A program made the translations under genes and the position numbers. From Prochlorococcus marinus str. NATL2A (GTDB lineage Bacteria > Cyanobacteriota > Cyanobacteriia > PCC-6307 > Cyanobiaceae): 32,000 bases of DNA. The notes beneath the pieces were generated by a model, which saw only the letters and a program-made list of their open reading frames with translations, searched no databases and was not told where the DNA came from. The number at the start of each line of letters is the position of its first letter. Position 1 is the stretch's first letter. Shown here one piece after another: positions 1 through 10,251 of the stretch. Location of the stretch: contig NC_007335.2 of assembly GCF_000012465.1 (NCBI RefSeq), positions 870,001 through 902,000 of the forward strand, given 5' to 3'.

Positions 1-440
1 AGAAAGAGGAAATTAGGGAAGTTTTTAATAAGCAATATACTTTAATGGAGAAAAGGTTAGCTAATATAATTACCACTCCAGGAATGGTATTGGCTGTTAT
101 AATGGCAACTGGTCTATTATATATGCAGCCTTCTTATCTATCGCAAGCATGGATGCAAGTTAAATTATTATTTGTATTATTTCTACTTATATATCATTTT
201 TATTGTTATAGAATTATGAATCAATTAACTAATAATCAGTTCAATTTTAGTGGTCAGCAACTCCGAGCATTGAATGAGTTGCCAACACTACTGTTGGTAG
301 TTGTTGTAATGCTTGTTGTATTTAAAAACCAATTCCCAACAAGTGCTGCAAGTTGGTTGATCTTTGGGTTAATACTTTTTATGGCGGCAAGTATACAATT
401 TTATGCCAAATGGCGCAGGAACAAGAAACAACTTACTTAG
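1..440 (+). CDS. hemJ: Protoporphyrinogen IX oxidase HemJ (UPF0093 membrane protein), 5' end cut by the window edge
   Basis: The frame is open from base 3 with no stop before the listed Met at 45. The translation ...KQYTLMEKRLANIITTPGMV...HFYCYRIMNQL...SGQQLRALNELPTLLLVVVV...QFYAKWRR closely matches my recollection of the C-terminal two thirds of Synechocystis Slr1790/HemJ. It has several hydrophobic helices. Confidence 0.8.
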   Translation, partial: KEEIREVFNKQYTLMEKRLANIITTPGMVLAVIMATGLLYMQPSYLSQAWMQVKLLFVLFLLIYHFYCYRIMNQLTNNQFNFSGQQLRALNELPTLLLVVVVMLVVFKNQFPTSAASWLIFGLILFMAASIQFYAKWRRNKKQLT

Positions 441-445
441 TTAAT

Positions 446-1105
446 ATGATTAATAAGGATTTTCTTTGTATAAAAAATATAATCAAATCTGTTACTAAAG
501 ATAGTTGTCCAAATTCTATTAACTTTCATATGCATTCAACTTATAGTGATGGAAGTTTGTCTCCTATAGAAATCTATAATCAAGCTTTAGAACTAAATAT
601 TGATCATTATGCAATTACAGATCATCATTCAGTTGATGCATATCTTGAATTAGTTAAAATTATTGAATCTGATTATCTTGATAGTTCATTTTTTCCAAAA
701 CTTTGGACTGGTATAGAAATTACCTGTTTATTAAAAGGATGTTTAGTCCATGTTTTAGGGCTTGGATTTGATCCTAGCTCTAAACACTTATTACCTTATG
801 TTGAACATAGATCTGCTATTGGTAATGAATTACTAGCATCAAATGTAGTTGATTCGATACACAATGCGAATGGAATTGCTGTTTTAGCTCATCCTGCAAG
901 ATATAAGCTTCCATTTGATATTTTAATTAATGAAGCATCAAAGCTTAATTTTGATGCTGTTGAAACTTGGTACAACTACGAAAGAGCACCTATTTGGATC
1001 CCGTCAGAGTTTATTTGCGATAAAATATTTGATTGTGCAAATTCTTATTCATTGTTATCAACATGTGGAACAGATACTCATGGATTATCTCTTTTAAGAC
1101 GCTGA
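446..1105 (+). CDS. PHP-domain metal-dependent phosphoesterase (TrpH/YciV-like)
   Basis: It has the N-terminal PHP signature INFHMHSTYSDGSLSP, followed by AITDHH, then LAHPARY and a C-terminal GTDTHG. I placed the start at the ATG at 446, just after the hemJ stop. The track start at 353 would overlap hemJ by 88 nt. Confidence 0.8.
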   Translation: MINKDFLCIKNIIKSVTKDSCPNSINFHMHSTYSDGSLSPIEIYNQALELNIDHYAITDHHSVDAYLELVKIIESDYLDSSFFPKLWTGIEITCLLKGCLVHVLGLGFDPSSKHLLPYVEHRSAIGNELLASNVVDSIHNANGIAVLAHPARYKLPFDILINEASKLNFDAVETWYNYERAPIWIPSEFICDKIFDCANSYSLLSTCGTDTHGLSLLRR

Positions 1106-4100
1106 TTTATTATTTCTTCTATTGGAATTAAATTTTTCAATTTTACTGTCTATATCAGATAAAGCAGATTTAATAGATGCTATTTCTTCATTAGTTGCAT
1201 CTGTCCAAAGCTTTCGATTTGATGCTTCTAGTAGTCTTTCAGCGATATCTCTTAATGCCCATGGATTGTTATCAATAATAAATTTTCTTGTCTTTTCATC
1301 TACCAACCAATTATTTGCAATTGACTCATAACACCAGTTAGGAACAAGGTTAGTTGTTGCATCAAAAGAGAATAAATAGTCAAGGCTTGCTGACATCTCG
1401 AAAGCTCCTTTATAGCCATGTTGTTTCATTCCCTCAAGCCATTTTGGATTTAATAACCTACTCCTAACAACCTTATCTATTTCTTTTGAAAGTTTATGTA
1501 TTCTTGGTCGTTGATATCTAGAATTATCTGCAAAATAAGCTTGTGGATTGTTACCACTAGTTTTCTTTACAGCAGAGATTAAGCCACCCTGAAATTGATA
1601 GTAATCATCTGAATCGAGTATGTCGTGCTCTCTATTATCTTGACTATGTAGTACTACTTTTACTTTTGATAAATTATATTCCAACCCTTTTTTGTCTTTA
1701 ACAATATTGTTTGAACCTTCATATCGCCATTTACTCCATTCTATAAATGCATTAGCCAGTTCAGATTGATGATCCCATGAGCCATTATTGATAATTTCTT
1801 GCAAACCTGCTCCATATGATCCAGGTGCTGATCCATATATTCTTGAGTCGGTTTTTCCATTTCTATAAGACTCAGCAAGGGGATTAATTGCATTGGGCTC
1901 ATTTAAGTTCCCAATAAGGTTTTGTCCTCTTCGTATTAATTCAATGATTTGTGGGAATGCATCCCTAAATAAACCAGATATTCTTAATGTGACGTCGACT
2001 CTGGGCCTATTTAAAACACTCATGGGAATGACTTCAACGTCCACAACTCTTCTTAAAGTTCCATCCCATATAGGCATTAGACCCATAAGTGCAAATAGTT
2101 GACAAATATCTTCTCCTCCATTTCTCATGGTTGAAGTTCCCCATATTGAAATAGCGAGATGTAAAAGGTGCTCTCCATTTTCTTGTAGGTAAAGATCAAC
2201 TAATTTTTCAGCACTTCTTTTCCCTAGGTCCCATGCTGTTTCTGTTGGAATAGCTCTAATATCAACAGAAAAGAAATTTTTACCTGTCGGTAAGACCTCT
2301 AATTTTCCTCTTGTTGGGGCACCAGAAGGGCCGCTAGCAATTCTCTTCCCTTCCAATGCTTTAAGTAAATTAGTCTTTTCGGTTTTGGAACTTTTTAATA
2401 ATCTAGGTAAAATATTAGTTATTAAATGATTTATAAATATATTTGGGTTTTCAATATCTAAATATTTTAGTAGTTTACTATCAAGTTCGATTTTATTTTT
2501 GACAGTGGTTTCGAGATTAAGTATATGTATACAATGAAACTCAATTATATACATTCCAATTTCATTAAACCAGTCAATTAGCTGCCCTACTTTTCTTGCA
2601 TTAATAGAGGTATATTTTTTAAATAAATTAATATCTATTTGCGTTAAGTCCAAACTTTCTTCGTCTCTCCAGGGGTCTATGGTAAAACCTAAATCTTCAG
2701 CTAAACATTGTGATAAACCAGCGATATTCCCTGTAGGTACATTTGATATAGCCAACGTTAATTCAATTAGTTTATCCATACTTAGATTCACACCAAAGAT
2801 ATGAAGTCCTGTCCTTATTTGGGATTGTTTTAATTCACATAAATAACTTTCTGCAGTATCTATTATCTCTTGTATATTAATTTTTTTCATATCATCTTTA
2901 ATTATATTTGGGTCAATACTTGGCCATGAATTTTTAATTAATAACTCTATAATCTTTTTTTCTAATAACTCATTTCTATTATCATTTATAAGTTTAGATT
3001 CATAATATTCATCAATTAGGTTCTCAATTTCTATTAACTCATTATAACTACCAGCGTGAGAAAGTGGTGGTGTTAAATGATCAATAATTATCGCGTGTGT
3101 CCTTCTTTTTGCTTGTGACCCTTCTCCAGGGTCATTTACTATAAATGGGTATATGTTTGGTACTGGTGGGCAAATAATAAATGGGAAACAATTACTACTT
3201 AAACCAACACCTTTACCAGGTAACCATTCAACGCTACCGTGCTTTCCTAGATGTATAATTGCATTTGCCTTAAATGAATGCGTTAACCAAAAATATTGCG
3301 CAATATATTTATGTGTAGGTGGTAGATCTGGTGAGTGCAAATCTGATAAATTATCTGATTCAAAGCCTCTACTTGCTTGAACTAATACAGTTATATTTCC
3401 TAGAGTAAATCCATTGATCGGGAACCCGCTTTCTTCTAATTGTTTTGAAAAATTTGGTTCTCCCCATCGTTTAATTAACTTTTCCTTTGCATTAGATTCC
3501 ATTTTATTCCAATGGTATAAATAATCAACAAGGCTTAAATATGATTGGGGTTCGTTAGATATGGTTTCTTCAGAATTTGTCCTATAAGTAATTAACTTGT
3601 TAATTAGCTCTTTACTAGTTCGTGGCAAGGTGCTATCTCCTAAATAATATCCTTCATCTTTTAACCATCTCAAAAGGTACATAAGGCTTTCTGGTGTATC
3701 TAAACCAACTCCATTTGCAATCCTTGAATCCTTAACAGGATAATTAGCTATTACAACGGCAATTTTTTTATTGAAGTTACTTGATTTTCTAAGATAAACA
3801 AGATTTTTTATGTAATTAATACACCATTCAATATGTTTGCCATAAGGTTCTGTCTTATATACAGATATAGATAATTCATTATCTATATAGCTAAGATTTT
3901 TAAATGCAATTGGAACTGTACAAATTCGACCATCTACTTCTGGCAGAACAACTTGAATTGATAAGTCAATTGGATTTAAACCAACTGTTGATTTTTTCCA
4001 TTCATTAACCGTCGAACTGGATATAAGTAGTTGATAGACAGGAACGTCTAATGTGTCCCATAGGCTATTTTTTATATTATCATTCTTATATTCAACTGAT

Positions 4101-4882
4101 GAAAATGAAGTAGTAGTAATGATCGCTTCAATTTTTTCATTATCCAATAAATTTATTATCTCTTTCTGAATATCTTTTGACTTAAAACTAGTAATCCATA
4201 CGATTTTGGCATTTATCTGATGTCTTTTTGATATTTCAACTATTGAGTCTGCTAATTCTGTGTTGCCTGATTGCAATAATGATTTGTAGAGAAATATAGC
4301 AATCTTAGGGTAATCATTATCTATCCATTTCCATTTGACTAAATCATCATGATATTCAATTAAATCTCTTTCTACTTTAATTTCCTCTAAACTTTTTAAG
4401 TTATCTAAAACCTTTAATAAGTAATTATAGTTTTTTAAACCGCCTTCATTTAATAGAAGTTGAATAAAATCAACTTGAACTTTTTTTATACTACTAATAT
4501 CTTTAAGATCATTTGCTGTACTCTCTATGCCAGAGACTACTATTAATTGTCTATTAGGTTTCTCTAATTGCCATAAACTTAATTGTTCAAATCCATATGA
4601 CCAATATGATCTTGATCCTAAAAACCTAACAATAACGATTTCTGCTGTGTTACATGTATTGGATATATAATGGTCAATTGATGCATTTGATGATAAATAA
4701 GCTATTGGTAAAGCCCTGATTTTATTTCTCCACTTTTTATTTTTAGGTTGCTTTAATACAGAGGATAAGCATGTTATGTCGGATGTAGCACTAGTTAAGA
4801 AGATAACTGGTGCATTTGGTTGTTCAATAAATGTAATTTCTTCTTGAGGATCATTCCCAGGAAGGCTGGCAATTCTATGCAT
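1094..4882 (-). CDS. cobN: Cobaltochelatase large subunit CobN
   Basis: This is a 1262-aa ORF. The N-terminus MHRIASLPGN...ITFIEQPNAPVIFLTSATSDI is typical of cyanobacterial CobN rather than the Mg-chelatase subunit ChlH. The CobN/Mg-chelatase family is recognisable throughout (HLGKHGSVEWLPGK, GLFRDAFP, DYYQFQGG). Its 3' end overlaps the convergent PHP gene by 12 nt. Confidence 0.9.
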   Translation of the reverse strand: MHRIASLPGNDPQEEITFIEQPNAPVIFLTSATSDITCLSSVLKQPKNKKWRNKIRALPIAYLSSNASIDHYISNTCNTAEIVIVRFLGSRSYWSYGFEQLSLWQLEKPNRQLIVVSGIESTANDLKDISSIKKVQVDFIQLLLNEGGLKNYNYLLKVLDNLKSLEEIKVERDLIEYHDDLVKWKWIDNDYPKIAIFLYKSLLQSGNTELADSIVEISKRHQINAKIVWITSFKSKDIQKEIINLLDNEKIEAIITTTSFSSVEYKNDNIKNSLWDTLDVPVYQLLISSSTVNEWKKSTVGLNPIDLSIQVVLPEVDGRICTVPIAFKNLSYIDNELSISVYKTEPYGKHIEWCINYIKNLVYLRKSSNFNKKIAVVIANYPVKDSRIANGVGLDTPESLMYLLRWLKDEGYYLGDSTLPRTSKELINKLITYRTNSEETISNEPQSYLSLVDYLYHWNKMESNAKEKLIKRWGEPNFSKQLEESGFPINGFTLGNITVLVQASRGFESDNLSDLHSPDLPPTHKYIAQYFWLTHSFKANAIIHLGKHGSVEWLPGKGVGLSSNCFPFIICPPVPNIYPFIVNDPGEGSQAKRRTHAIIIDHLTPPLSHAGSYNELIEIENLIDEYYESKLINDNRNELLEKKIIELLIKNSWPSIDPNIIKDDMKKINIQEIIDTAESYLCELKQSQIRTGLHIFGVNLSMDKLIELTLAISNVPTGNIAGLSQCLAEDLGFTIDPWRDEESLDLTQIDINLFKKYTSINARKVGQLIDWFNEIGMYIIEFHCIHILNLETTVKNKIELDSKLLKYLDIENPNIFINHLITNILPRLLKSSKTEKTNLLKALEGKRIASGPSGAPTRGKLEVLPTGKNFFSVDIRAIPTETAWDLGKRSAEKLVDLYLQENGEHLLHLAISIWGTSTMRNGGEDICQLFALMGLMPIWDGTLRRVVDVEVIPMSVLNRPRVDVTLRISGLFRDAFPQIIELIRRGQNLIGNLNEPNAINPLAESYRNGKTDSRIYGSAPGSYGAGLQEIINNGSWDHQSELANAFIEWSKWRYEGSNNIVKDKKGLEYNLSKVKVVLHSQDNREHDILDSDDYYQFQGGLISAVKKTSGNNPQAYFADNSRYQRPRIHKLSKEIDKVVRSRLLNPKWLEGMKQHGYKGAFEMSASLDYLFSFDATTNLVPNWCYESIANNWLVDEKTRKFIIDNNPWALRDIAERLLEASNRKLWTDATNEEIASIKSALSDIDSKIEKFNSNRRNNKSAS

Positions 4883-4953
4883 TCATTTATTATGTGTAAT
4901 TAGTGCAGTAAAACTAAAAATGCTGATTTTTTTTCATCCTAGCTCTAGCTTAA

Positions 4954-5868
4954 ATGCATAATTTTCTTCCCTTCGCTTGGTTTGAGGGTCAATGTATTCC
5001 ATTCAATGATGCAAAGCTATCAATAGCTACTCACGCTCTTCATTATGGAACTGCAGCTTTTGGTGGGATGCGTGCTATCCCTGACCCAAATAATAGTAAA
5101 TCATTTTTATTATTTAGGGCAGATAAACATGCAAAAAGATTATGCCAAAGCGCTAAATTTTTGATGACTGAATTAGATGAGGATTTTGTATTAAACTCTC
5201 TAGAAACGTTTCTAGTCAAAAATAAACCTACTCAACCTGTTTATATAAGACCATTTGTATATACTAGTGATTTAGGAATTGCACCAAGATTACATAATAT
5301 CGAAACTAATTTCTTTATTTATGGAATAGAATTAGGGGATTATCTTTCACCAGATGGTGTTACATGTCGTGTCAGTAGCTGGACCCGTCAGCAAGACAAT
5401 TCACTTCCTCTGCGTGGAAAAATTAGTGGAGCATACATAACAAGCTCATTAGCTAAAACAGAAGCAGTAAAAAGTGGATTTGATGAGGCACTTTTACTTA
5501 ATAGTCAAGGTAAAGTTAGTGAGGCTAGTGGAATGAACATCTTTATAGTTCGGAATGGTGATCTTATAACACCTGGTGTAGATCAAGATATTCTTGAAGG
5601 TATTACTCGTGCAAGTGTTATAGAACTTGCTAAGAGTAATGGAATAAATGTTATTGAAAGACCTGTAGATAAAACAGAGTTATTTATATCGGATGAGGTA
5701 TTCTTAACAGGCACAGCTGCAAAGATAACTCCGATTAAAATGATTGAAACAACATTAATGAGTAAAGAAATGCCAACAATGAATTTACTCAGAGATAAAT
5801 TAACTAAAATTACAGAAGGTTTAGTACCCGAATATGAGAATTGGGTTAAACGTGTGAATATAGATTAA
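4954..5868 (+). CDS. ilvE: Branched-chain amino acid aminotransferase (class IV PLP fold)
   Basis: At 304 aa it has hallmarks of the class IV aminotransferase family: HALHYGTAAFGGMRA, RPFVY, NIFIVRNGDLITP, ILEGITR and FLTGTAAKITPI. Confidence 0.9.
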   Translation: MHNFLPFAWFEGQCIPFNDAKLSIATHALHYGTAAFGGMRAIPDPNNSKSFLLFRADKHAKRLCQSAKFLMTELDEDFVLNSLETFLVKNKPTQPVYIRPFVYTSDLGIAPRLHNIETNFFIYGIELGDYLSPDGVTCRVSSWTRQQDNSLPLRGKISGAYITSSLAKTEAVKSGFDEALLLNSQGKVSEASGMNIFIVRNGDLITPGVDQDILEGITRASVIELAKSNGINVIERPVDKTELFISDEVFLTGTAAKITPIKMIETTLMSKEMPTMNLLRDKLTKITEGLVPEYENWVKRVNID

Positions 5869-5931
5869 AATCTTAATGTATAATTTATTTAGATTTATGT
5901 TTTTCATTTTTATAAGTAAAGTATATATTAT

Positions 5932-8900
5932 ATGACTCACTTTTTAGACTATCTAAACTCAGAGAAAAGGCCAATAATAGTCTTTGATGGTGCAACAGGC
6001 ACGTCTTTACAAGATCAACAACTAACTGCAGATGATTATGGTGGTGCTTCTTTAGAAGGTTGTAATGAAAATCTTGTTTTAACCTCTGTCTCTAGTGTTG
6101 AGAAAGTACATCAGTCATTCTTAGAGGCCGGTTGTGATGTAATAGAAACAAATACATTTGGCGCAACTTCTATTGTTCTTGATGAGTATGGAATTGGAAA
6201 CAAAGCTTATGAGATCAATTTCAAAGCTGCACAAATAGCAAGGAGTATTGCAAATAAATATCAAACAGCTGAAAAGCCAAGATTTGTTGCTGGTTCAATT
6301 GGTCCAACAACAAAGCTTCCAACCCTTGGTCATATCAGTTTTGATGAATTAAAAAAATCTTATCTTGAACAAGCTAAAGCACTGATTGAGGGTGGAATTG
6401 ATCTTTTTCTTATTGAAACTTGCCAAGATGTTTTACAAATAAAGGCAGCTCTGCAGAGCGTAAATGAAGCAATAGGTGATGGAATTAAAATCCCAGTAAT
6501 GGTATCTGTAACCATGGAAACTACAGGTCAGATGCTTATTGGTAGCGATATTTCTTCCATAACAACAATTTTAGAGCCTTTTAATATTGATATTTTGGGC
6601 CTTAATTGTGCTACTGGCCCAGAAGAAATGAAAGATCATATTAAATACTTATCTGAGCATTCACCCTTTCACATAAGTTGTATTCCAAATGCTGGACTTC
6701 CTGAAAATGTAGGAGGTAAGGCTCATTATCGATTAACCCCAATGGAACTTAAGTTCCAACTTAGTCATTTTATTAATGATTTAGGCGTTCAATTAATTGG
6801 TGGTTGTTGTGGGACGAGGCCAGAACATATAAAACAACTTTCAGATTTATCGCTTGAGCTTTTATCATCAGATCGTAGGTTGATTAACCTATCAAAGGAA
6901 AGATCTATAATTCCAGCTGCATCTTCAATTTATGAGTCAATTCCATATGAACAAGACAACTCATTTTTGATAGTTGGCGAAAGATTAAATGCAAGTGGTT
7001 CAAAAAAGGTAAGAGAACTTTTGAATATTGAGGACTGGGATGGTCTGGTTGGAATAGCAAAATCACAACTTAAGGAAAATGCGCATGTACTTGATGTAAA
7101 TGTTGATTTTGTTGGAAGAAATGGCATAGAAGATATGTCGAACTTGGTTAAAAGATTAGTTAATAATATCAATTTACCTTTGATGCTTGATTCAACGGAT
7201 TATGAAAAAATGGAGAGTGGTTTAAAACATGCTGGCGGAAAATGTATTTTAAATTCCACTAACTACGAAGATGGACAAGATAGATTTCATAAAGTGATTG
7301 ATCTAGCTAAAGAACATGGTTCAGCAGTTGTAATTGGAACAATTGATGAAGATGGAATGGCTAGATCTGCAGAAAAAAAAGCCGAAATAGCAACTAGGGC
7401 TTTTAAGGATGCTACAAATTCTGGGTTGAAACCCTATGAAATTTTTTATGATCCTTTAGCTTTGCCAATATCTACAGGACTTGAGGAAGATAGAAAGAAT
7501 GGTTTTGAAACGATTAAAGCTATTAAGTTAATTAAAGATCGACATCCACAAGTACATTTAATCCTAGGCATTTCAAATGTAAGTTTTGGCCTATCATCTA
7601 GTGCGAGAGTTGTCCTTAATTCTATCTTTCTAAATGAAGCAATTAAGGCTGGATTAGATTCGGCAATTGTTTCACCATCCAAGATATTACCTTTAAATAA
7701 AATTAGTGAAGAAGAGATAAAAATATGTTTAGATCTTATTTATGACAAGAGAATTATAGATAATAGTGTATGCACTTATGACCCCCTAACGACCCTAACT
7801 TCTTATTTTGATGACTCGAAAAAACTTCTAAATAATAGCTCAATTGATGAGGATATTAATTTACCTATTGAAGATAAGTTGAAGAATCATATTATTGATG
7901 GAGAAAAAACAAATCTACATTCAAATCTTGATTTAGCATTAAATAAATATAAGCCTTTGGTAATAATTAATGAATATTTACTAGATGGAATGAAAGTTGT
8001 TGGGGAATTATTTGGATCAGGTCAAATGCAATTACCTTTTGTACTTCAATCTGCAGAAACAATGAAATATGCAGTTTCATATTTAGAAGATTTTATGGAT
8101 AAATCCGAGGTAAATCAATCAAAGGGTAAATTTATTATAGCTACTGTCAAAGGCGATGTTCACGATATAGGAAAAAATTTAGTAGATATTATTTTGTCGA
8201 ATAATGGGTATGATGTTATTAATTTAGGAATTAAACAAGATGTCAATGCAATTATAAACGCACAAAAAGAACACCATGCCGATTGCATTGCAATGAGCGG
8301 TCTACTTGTAAAATCGACTGCCTTTATGAAAGATAATCTTAAAGCTTTAAATGAGGAAGATATTGATGTACCTATTATTTTAGGTGGGGCTGCATTAACC
8401 CCTAAATTTGTTAACCAAGATTGCGCAAGTGTGTACAAGGGCAAGGTTATTTATGGGAGAGATGCCTTCACTGATTTGAAATTTATGGACGCATATATGA
8501 AAGCTAAATTAGCTAATAACTGGAATAACAAAACAGGTTTTTCCGAAGGAGCTCCTGAGGGGATTACTATTGGAACTTATAAAAGTTCTAATTCAGATCC
8601 AAAAGTAATAAAAGAGAGTTTAGAGGTTAAAAAAGTTAACGACAATTCCAGATCAAAAGATATATCTTCAGTAAAATCTATTAAACCTCCATTTTTAGGC
8701 CCCAAGGTTTTACTTGAAAAAGATATTGATTTATCCAATGTTTATAAATTCTTAGACCGTAATGCATTATTTGCTGGACAATGGCAAATGAAAAGATCCA
8801 AGGACATGTCGGCTTCAGATTATAAGGAATTTCTTAAGAAAAAGGCTGAGCCAAAATTAGATTATTGGATGAATAAAATCATAAATGATAATCTTATCTC

Positions 8901-9480
8901 ACCATCATTGGTATATGGATATTTTCCATGTGGGAGAGAAGGGAATTACTTAAATGTTTATGACACTGATCACAAATCTCTTTTAGGAAAATTTCTATTA
9001 CCCAGACAAAGATCTGGAAAGAGATATTGTATCGCAGATTTTTATAATGACTTAGTAGATAATCATCCTTCTGATTATCTACCTATGCAGGCAGTTACAA
9101 TGGGAGAAAAAGCTAGTGACTATTCCCATAAATTATTTAGCAAAGACTCTTATTCTGATTATCTATTTTTCCATGGTTTAACTGTACAATTAGCTGAAGC
9201 CCTAGCAGAATATATACACTCAATTATTAGAATAGAGTGTGGTTTTAAATATGAAGAACCAGATAATATTAAAGATATATTGGATGTAAAGTATAGAGGT
9301 TGTAGATACTCATTTGGTTACCCTGCTTGCCCAGAGGTATCTGATTCTAGAAAGCAATTAGATTGGCTAGATGCAGATAAAATTAATATATCTATGGATG
9401 AAAGTGAGCAACTGCATCCAGAACAAAGTACTACTGCAATTGTTGCATTACATCCAGTAGCTAAATACTTTGGTATTTAA
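5932..9480 (+). CDS. metH: Cobalamin-dependent methionine synthase
   Basis: At 1182 aa it has the full MetH domain order. There is a homocysteine S-methyltransferase domain (DGATGT, GLNCATGP, GGCCGT), a pterin-binding domain and a B12-binding domain with the DVHDIGKN motif (DxHxxG). The C-terminal AdoMet activation domain has RYSFGYPACP. Confidence 0.95.
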   Translation: MTHFLDYLNSEKRPIIVFDGATGTSLQDQQLTADDYGGASLEGCNENLVLTSVSSVEKVHQSFLEAGCDVIETNTFGATSIVLDEYGIGNKAYEINFKAAQIARSIANKYQTAEKPRFVAGSIGPTTKLPTLGHISFDELKKSYLEQAKALIEGGIDLFLIETCQDVLQIKAALQSVNEAIGDGIKIPVMVSVTMETTGQMLIGSDISSITTILEPFNIDILGLNCATGPEEMKDHIKYLSEHSPFHISCIPNAGLPENVGGKAHYRLTPMELKFQLSHFINDLGVQLIGGCCGTRPEHIKQLSDLSLELLSSDRRLINLSKERSIIPAASSIYESIPYEQDNSFLIVGERLNASGSKKVRELLNIEDWDGLVGIAKSQLKENAHVLDVNVDFVGRNGIEDMSNLVKRLVNNINLPLMLDSTDYEKMESGLKHAGGKCILNSTNYEDGQDRFHKVIDLAKEHGSAVVIGTIDEDGMARSAEKKAEIATRAFKDATNSGLKPYEIFYDPLALPISTGLEEDRKNGFETIKAIKLIKDRHPQVHLILGISNVSFGLSSSARVVLNSIFLNEAIKAGLDSAIVSPSKILPLNKISEEEIKICLDLIYDKRIIDNSVCTYDPLTTLTSYFDDSKKLLNNSSIDEDINLPIEDKLKNHIIDGEKTNLHSNLDLALNKYKPLVIINEYLLDGMKVVGELFGSGQMQLPFVLQSAETMKYAVSYLEDFMDKSEVNQSKGKFIIATVKGDVHDIGKNLVDIILSNNGYDVINLGIKQDVNAIINAQKEHHADCIAMSGLLVKSTAFMKDNLKALNEEDIDVPIILGGAALTPKFVNQDCASVYKGKVIYGRDAFTDLKFMDAYMKAKLANNWNNKTGFSEGAPEGITIGTYKSSNSDPKVIKESLEVKKVNDNSRSKDISSVKSIKPPFLGPKVLLEKDIDLSNVYKFLDRNALFAGQWQMKRSKDMSASDYKEFLKKKAEPKLDYWMNKIINDNLISPSLVYGYFPCGREGNYLNVYDTDHKSLLGKFLLPRQRSGKRYCIADFYNDLVDNHPSDYLPMQAVTMGEKASDYSHKLFSKDSYSDYLFFHGLTVQLAEALAEYIHSIIRIECGFKYEEPDNIKDILDVKYRGCRYSFGYPACPEVSDSRKQLDWLDADKINISMDESEQLHPEQSTTAIVALHPVAKYFGI

Positions 9481-9514
9481 TTAATTGACTTAATTGTTTA
9501 AACTTTTAATTAAT

Positions 9515-9751
9515 CTAAATATTATTTTCATCCATCGCCTCTAATACTTCTATCTGAAATTCTGCCATTGATTCTGAGTCACTTAAATCAATTCCTTCTC
9601 CAGCAGCATTTTGAGTTAACTCTTGAAAATGAAAAGCTCCTTCACCAGTGGCTAAAAATTCCATAGCAGAAGTTTCGCCGCTCTCTTGAAAAGCGTCACA
9701 AAGAGCCAAAAATGCTCCGTCTTCAGAAAAGTCCCAATCCATCGAGGACAC
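9515..9751 (-). CDS. Small acidic hypothetical protein (75-78 aa)
   Basis: This clean ORF is convergent with metH. It is visibly more GC-rich and more acidic than the surrounding spacer. The codon at 9751 is GTG, and an in-frame ATG lies at 9742, so the true start is uncertain. I recognised no motif. Confidence 0.55.
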   Translation of the reverse strand: MSSMDWDFSEDGAFLALCDAFQESGETSAMEFLATGEGAFHFQELTQNAAGEGIDLSDSESMAEFQIEVLEAMDENNI

Positions 9752-10251
9752 ATTACTGAAAGAGGTTTTAACTCCTTCCCCCCTGCTTACGTCAACCTAA
9801 ACTGACAAGATTTTTAAACTTTTTTGCAAAATGATAAATTAGGAATCGTTTATTTTTGCTTCAGATCTGTTCCAGCACAAGCGTTTCTATATAATCATTG
9901 AACATAAAATATATTTTCAGAATTAAATCAATTTTTAATGCTTGCCAACAAAAGAATTTGTTCGCATAAATAATTTTTTTATTCTGGAATAATTCAAACC
10001 ATACCCAAGACGCTAAATAGCCTGAAAGACCTTTTAGAAGGGCTGTAGAGCATCCAATCAAATGAAGACAGGTATTATGCCTTTCAGTCATTTGATCCTT
10101 CTCTGAGTTAGAAATAAGGAAAGATAAAAAATACTCTGCCGATTTTATTGAGATCAGATCCCTTGAAATTTAATTAGTTAATAAGTTTTGATTTGAACTT
10201 TAACTTTTTAGTAGTTAAATCTATAATAATCATATTAATGAATAAGGTCTA

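Noticed and set aside
353-445. The upstream extension of the PHP-domain ORF (track start at 353), which overlaps the 3' end of hemJ.
   Set aside because: The extension (MVDLWVNTFYGGKYTILCQMAQEQETTYLVN) lies wholly inside hemJ in another frame. The PHP domain begins well after the ATG at 446, which sits 5 nt past the hemJ stop.
1122-3380. Plus-strand ORFs 1122..1331, 1893..2102 and 3153..3380.
   Set aside because: They lie entirely antisense within the well-supported cobN reading frame. They have low-complexity translations and no motifs.
4883-5931. A possible cobalamin riboswitch upstream of cobN, or near metH, given the B12-related genes cobN, metH and cobU in the window.
   Set aside because: The cobN-ilvE divergent spacer is only 71 bp and the ilvE-metH spacer 63 bp, both too short for a roughly 200-nt B12 element. 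I saw no B12-box-like sequence. The three genes are dispersed among unrelated genes, so this is co-location rather than an operon.
6930-8444. Minus-strand ORFs 6930..7172, 7446..7682 and 8160..8444.
   Set aside because: They are antisense shadows inside metH.
9861-10091. Minus-strand 76-aa ORF between the small acidic protein gene and the Ap4A phosphorylase gene.
   Set aside because: It has no motif and an odd composition (Cys/Trp/Phe-rich in AT-rich DNA). It would have to share the spacer with the promoter of the gene at 10252. I cannot exclude a real small gene, but the support is insufficient.
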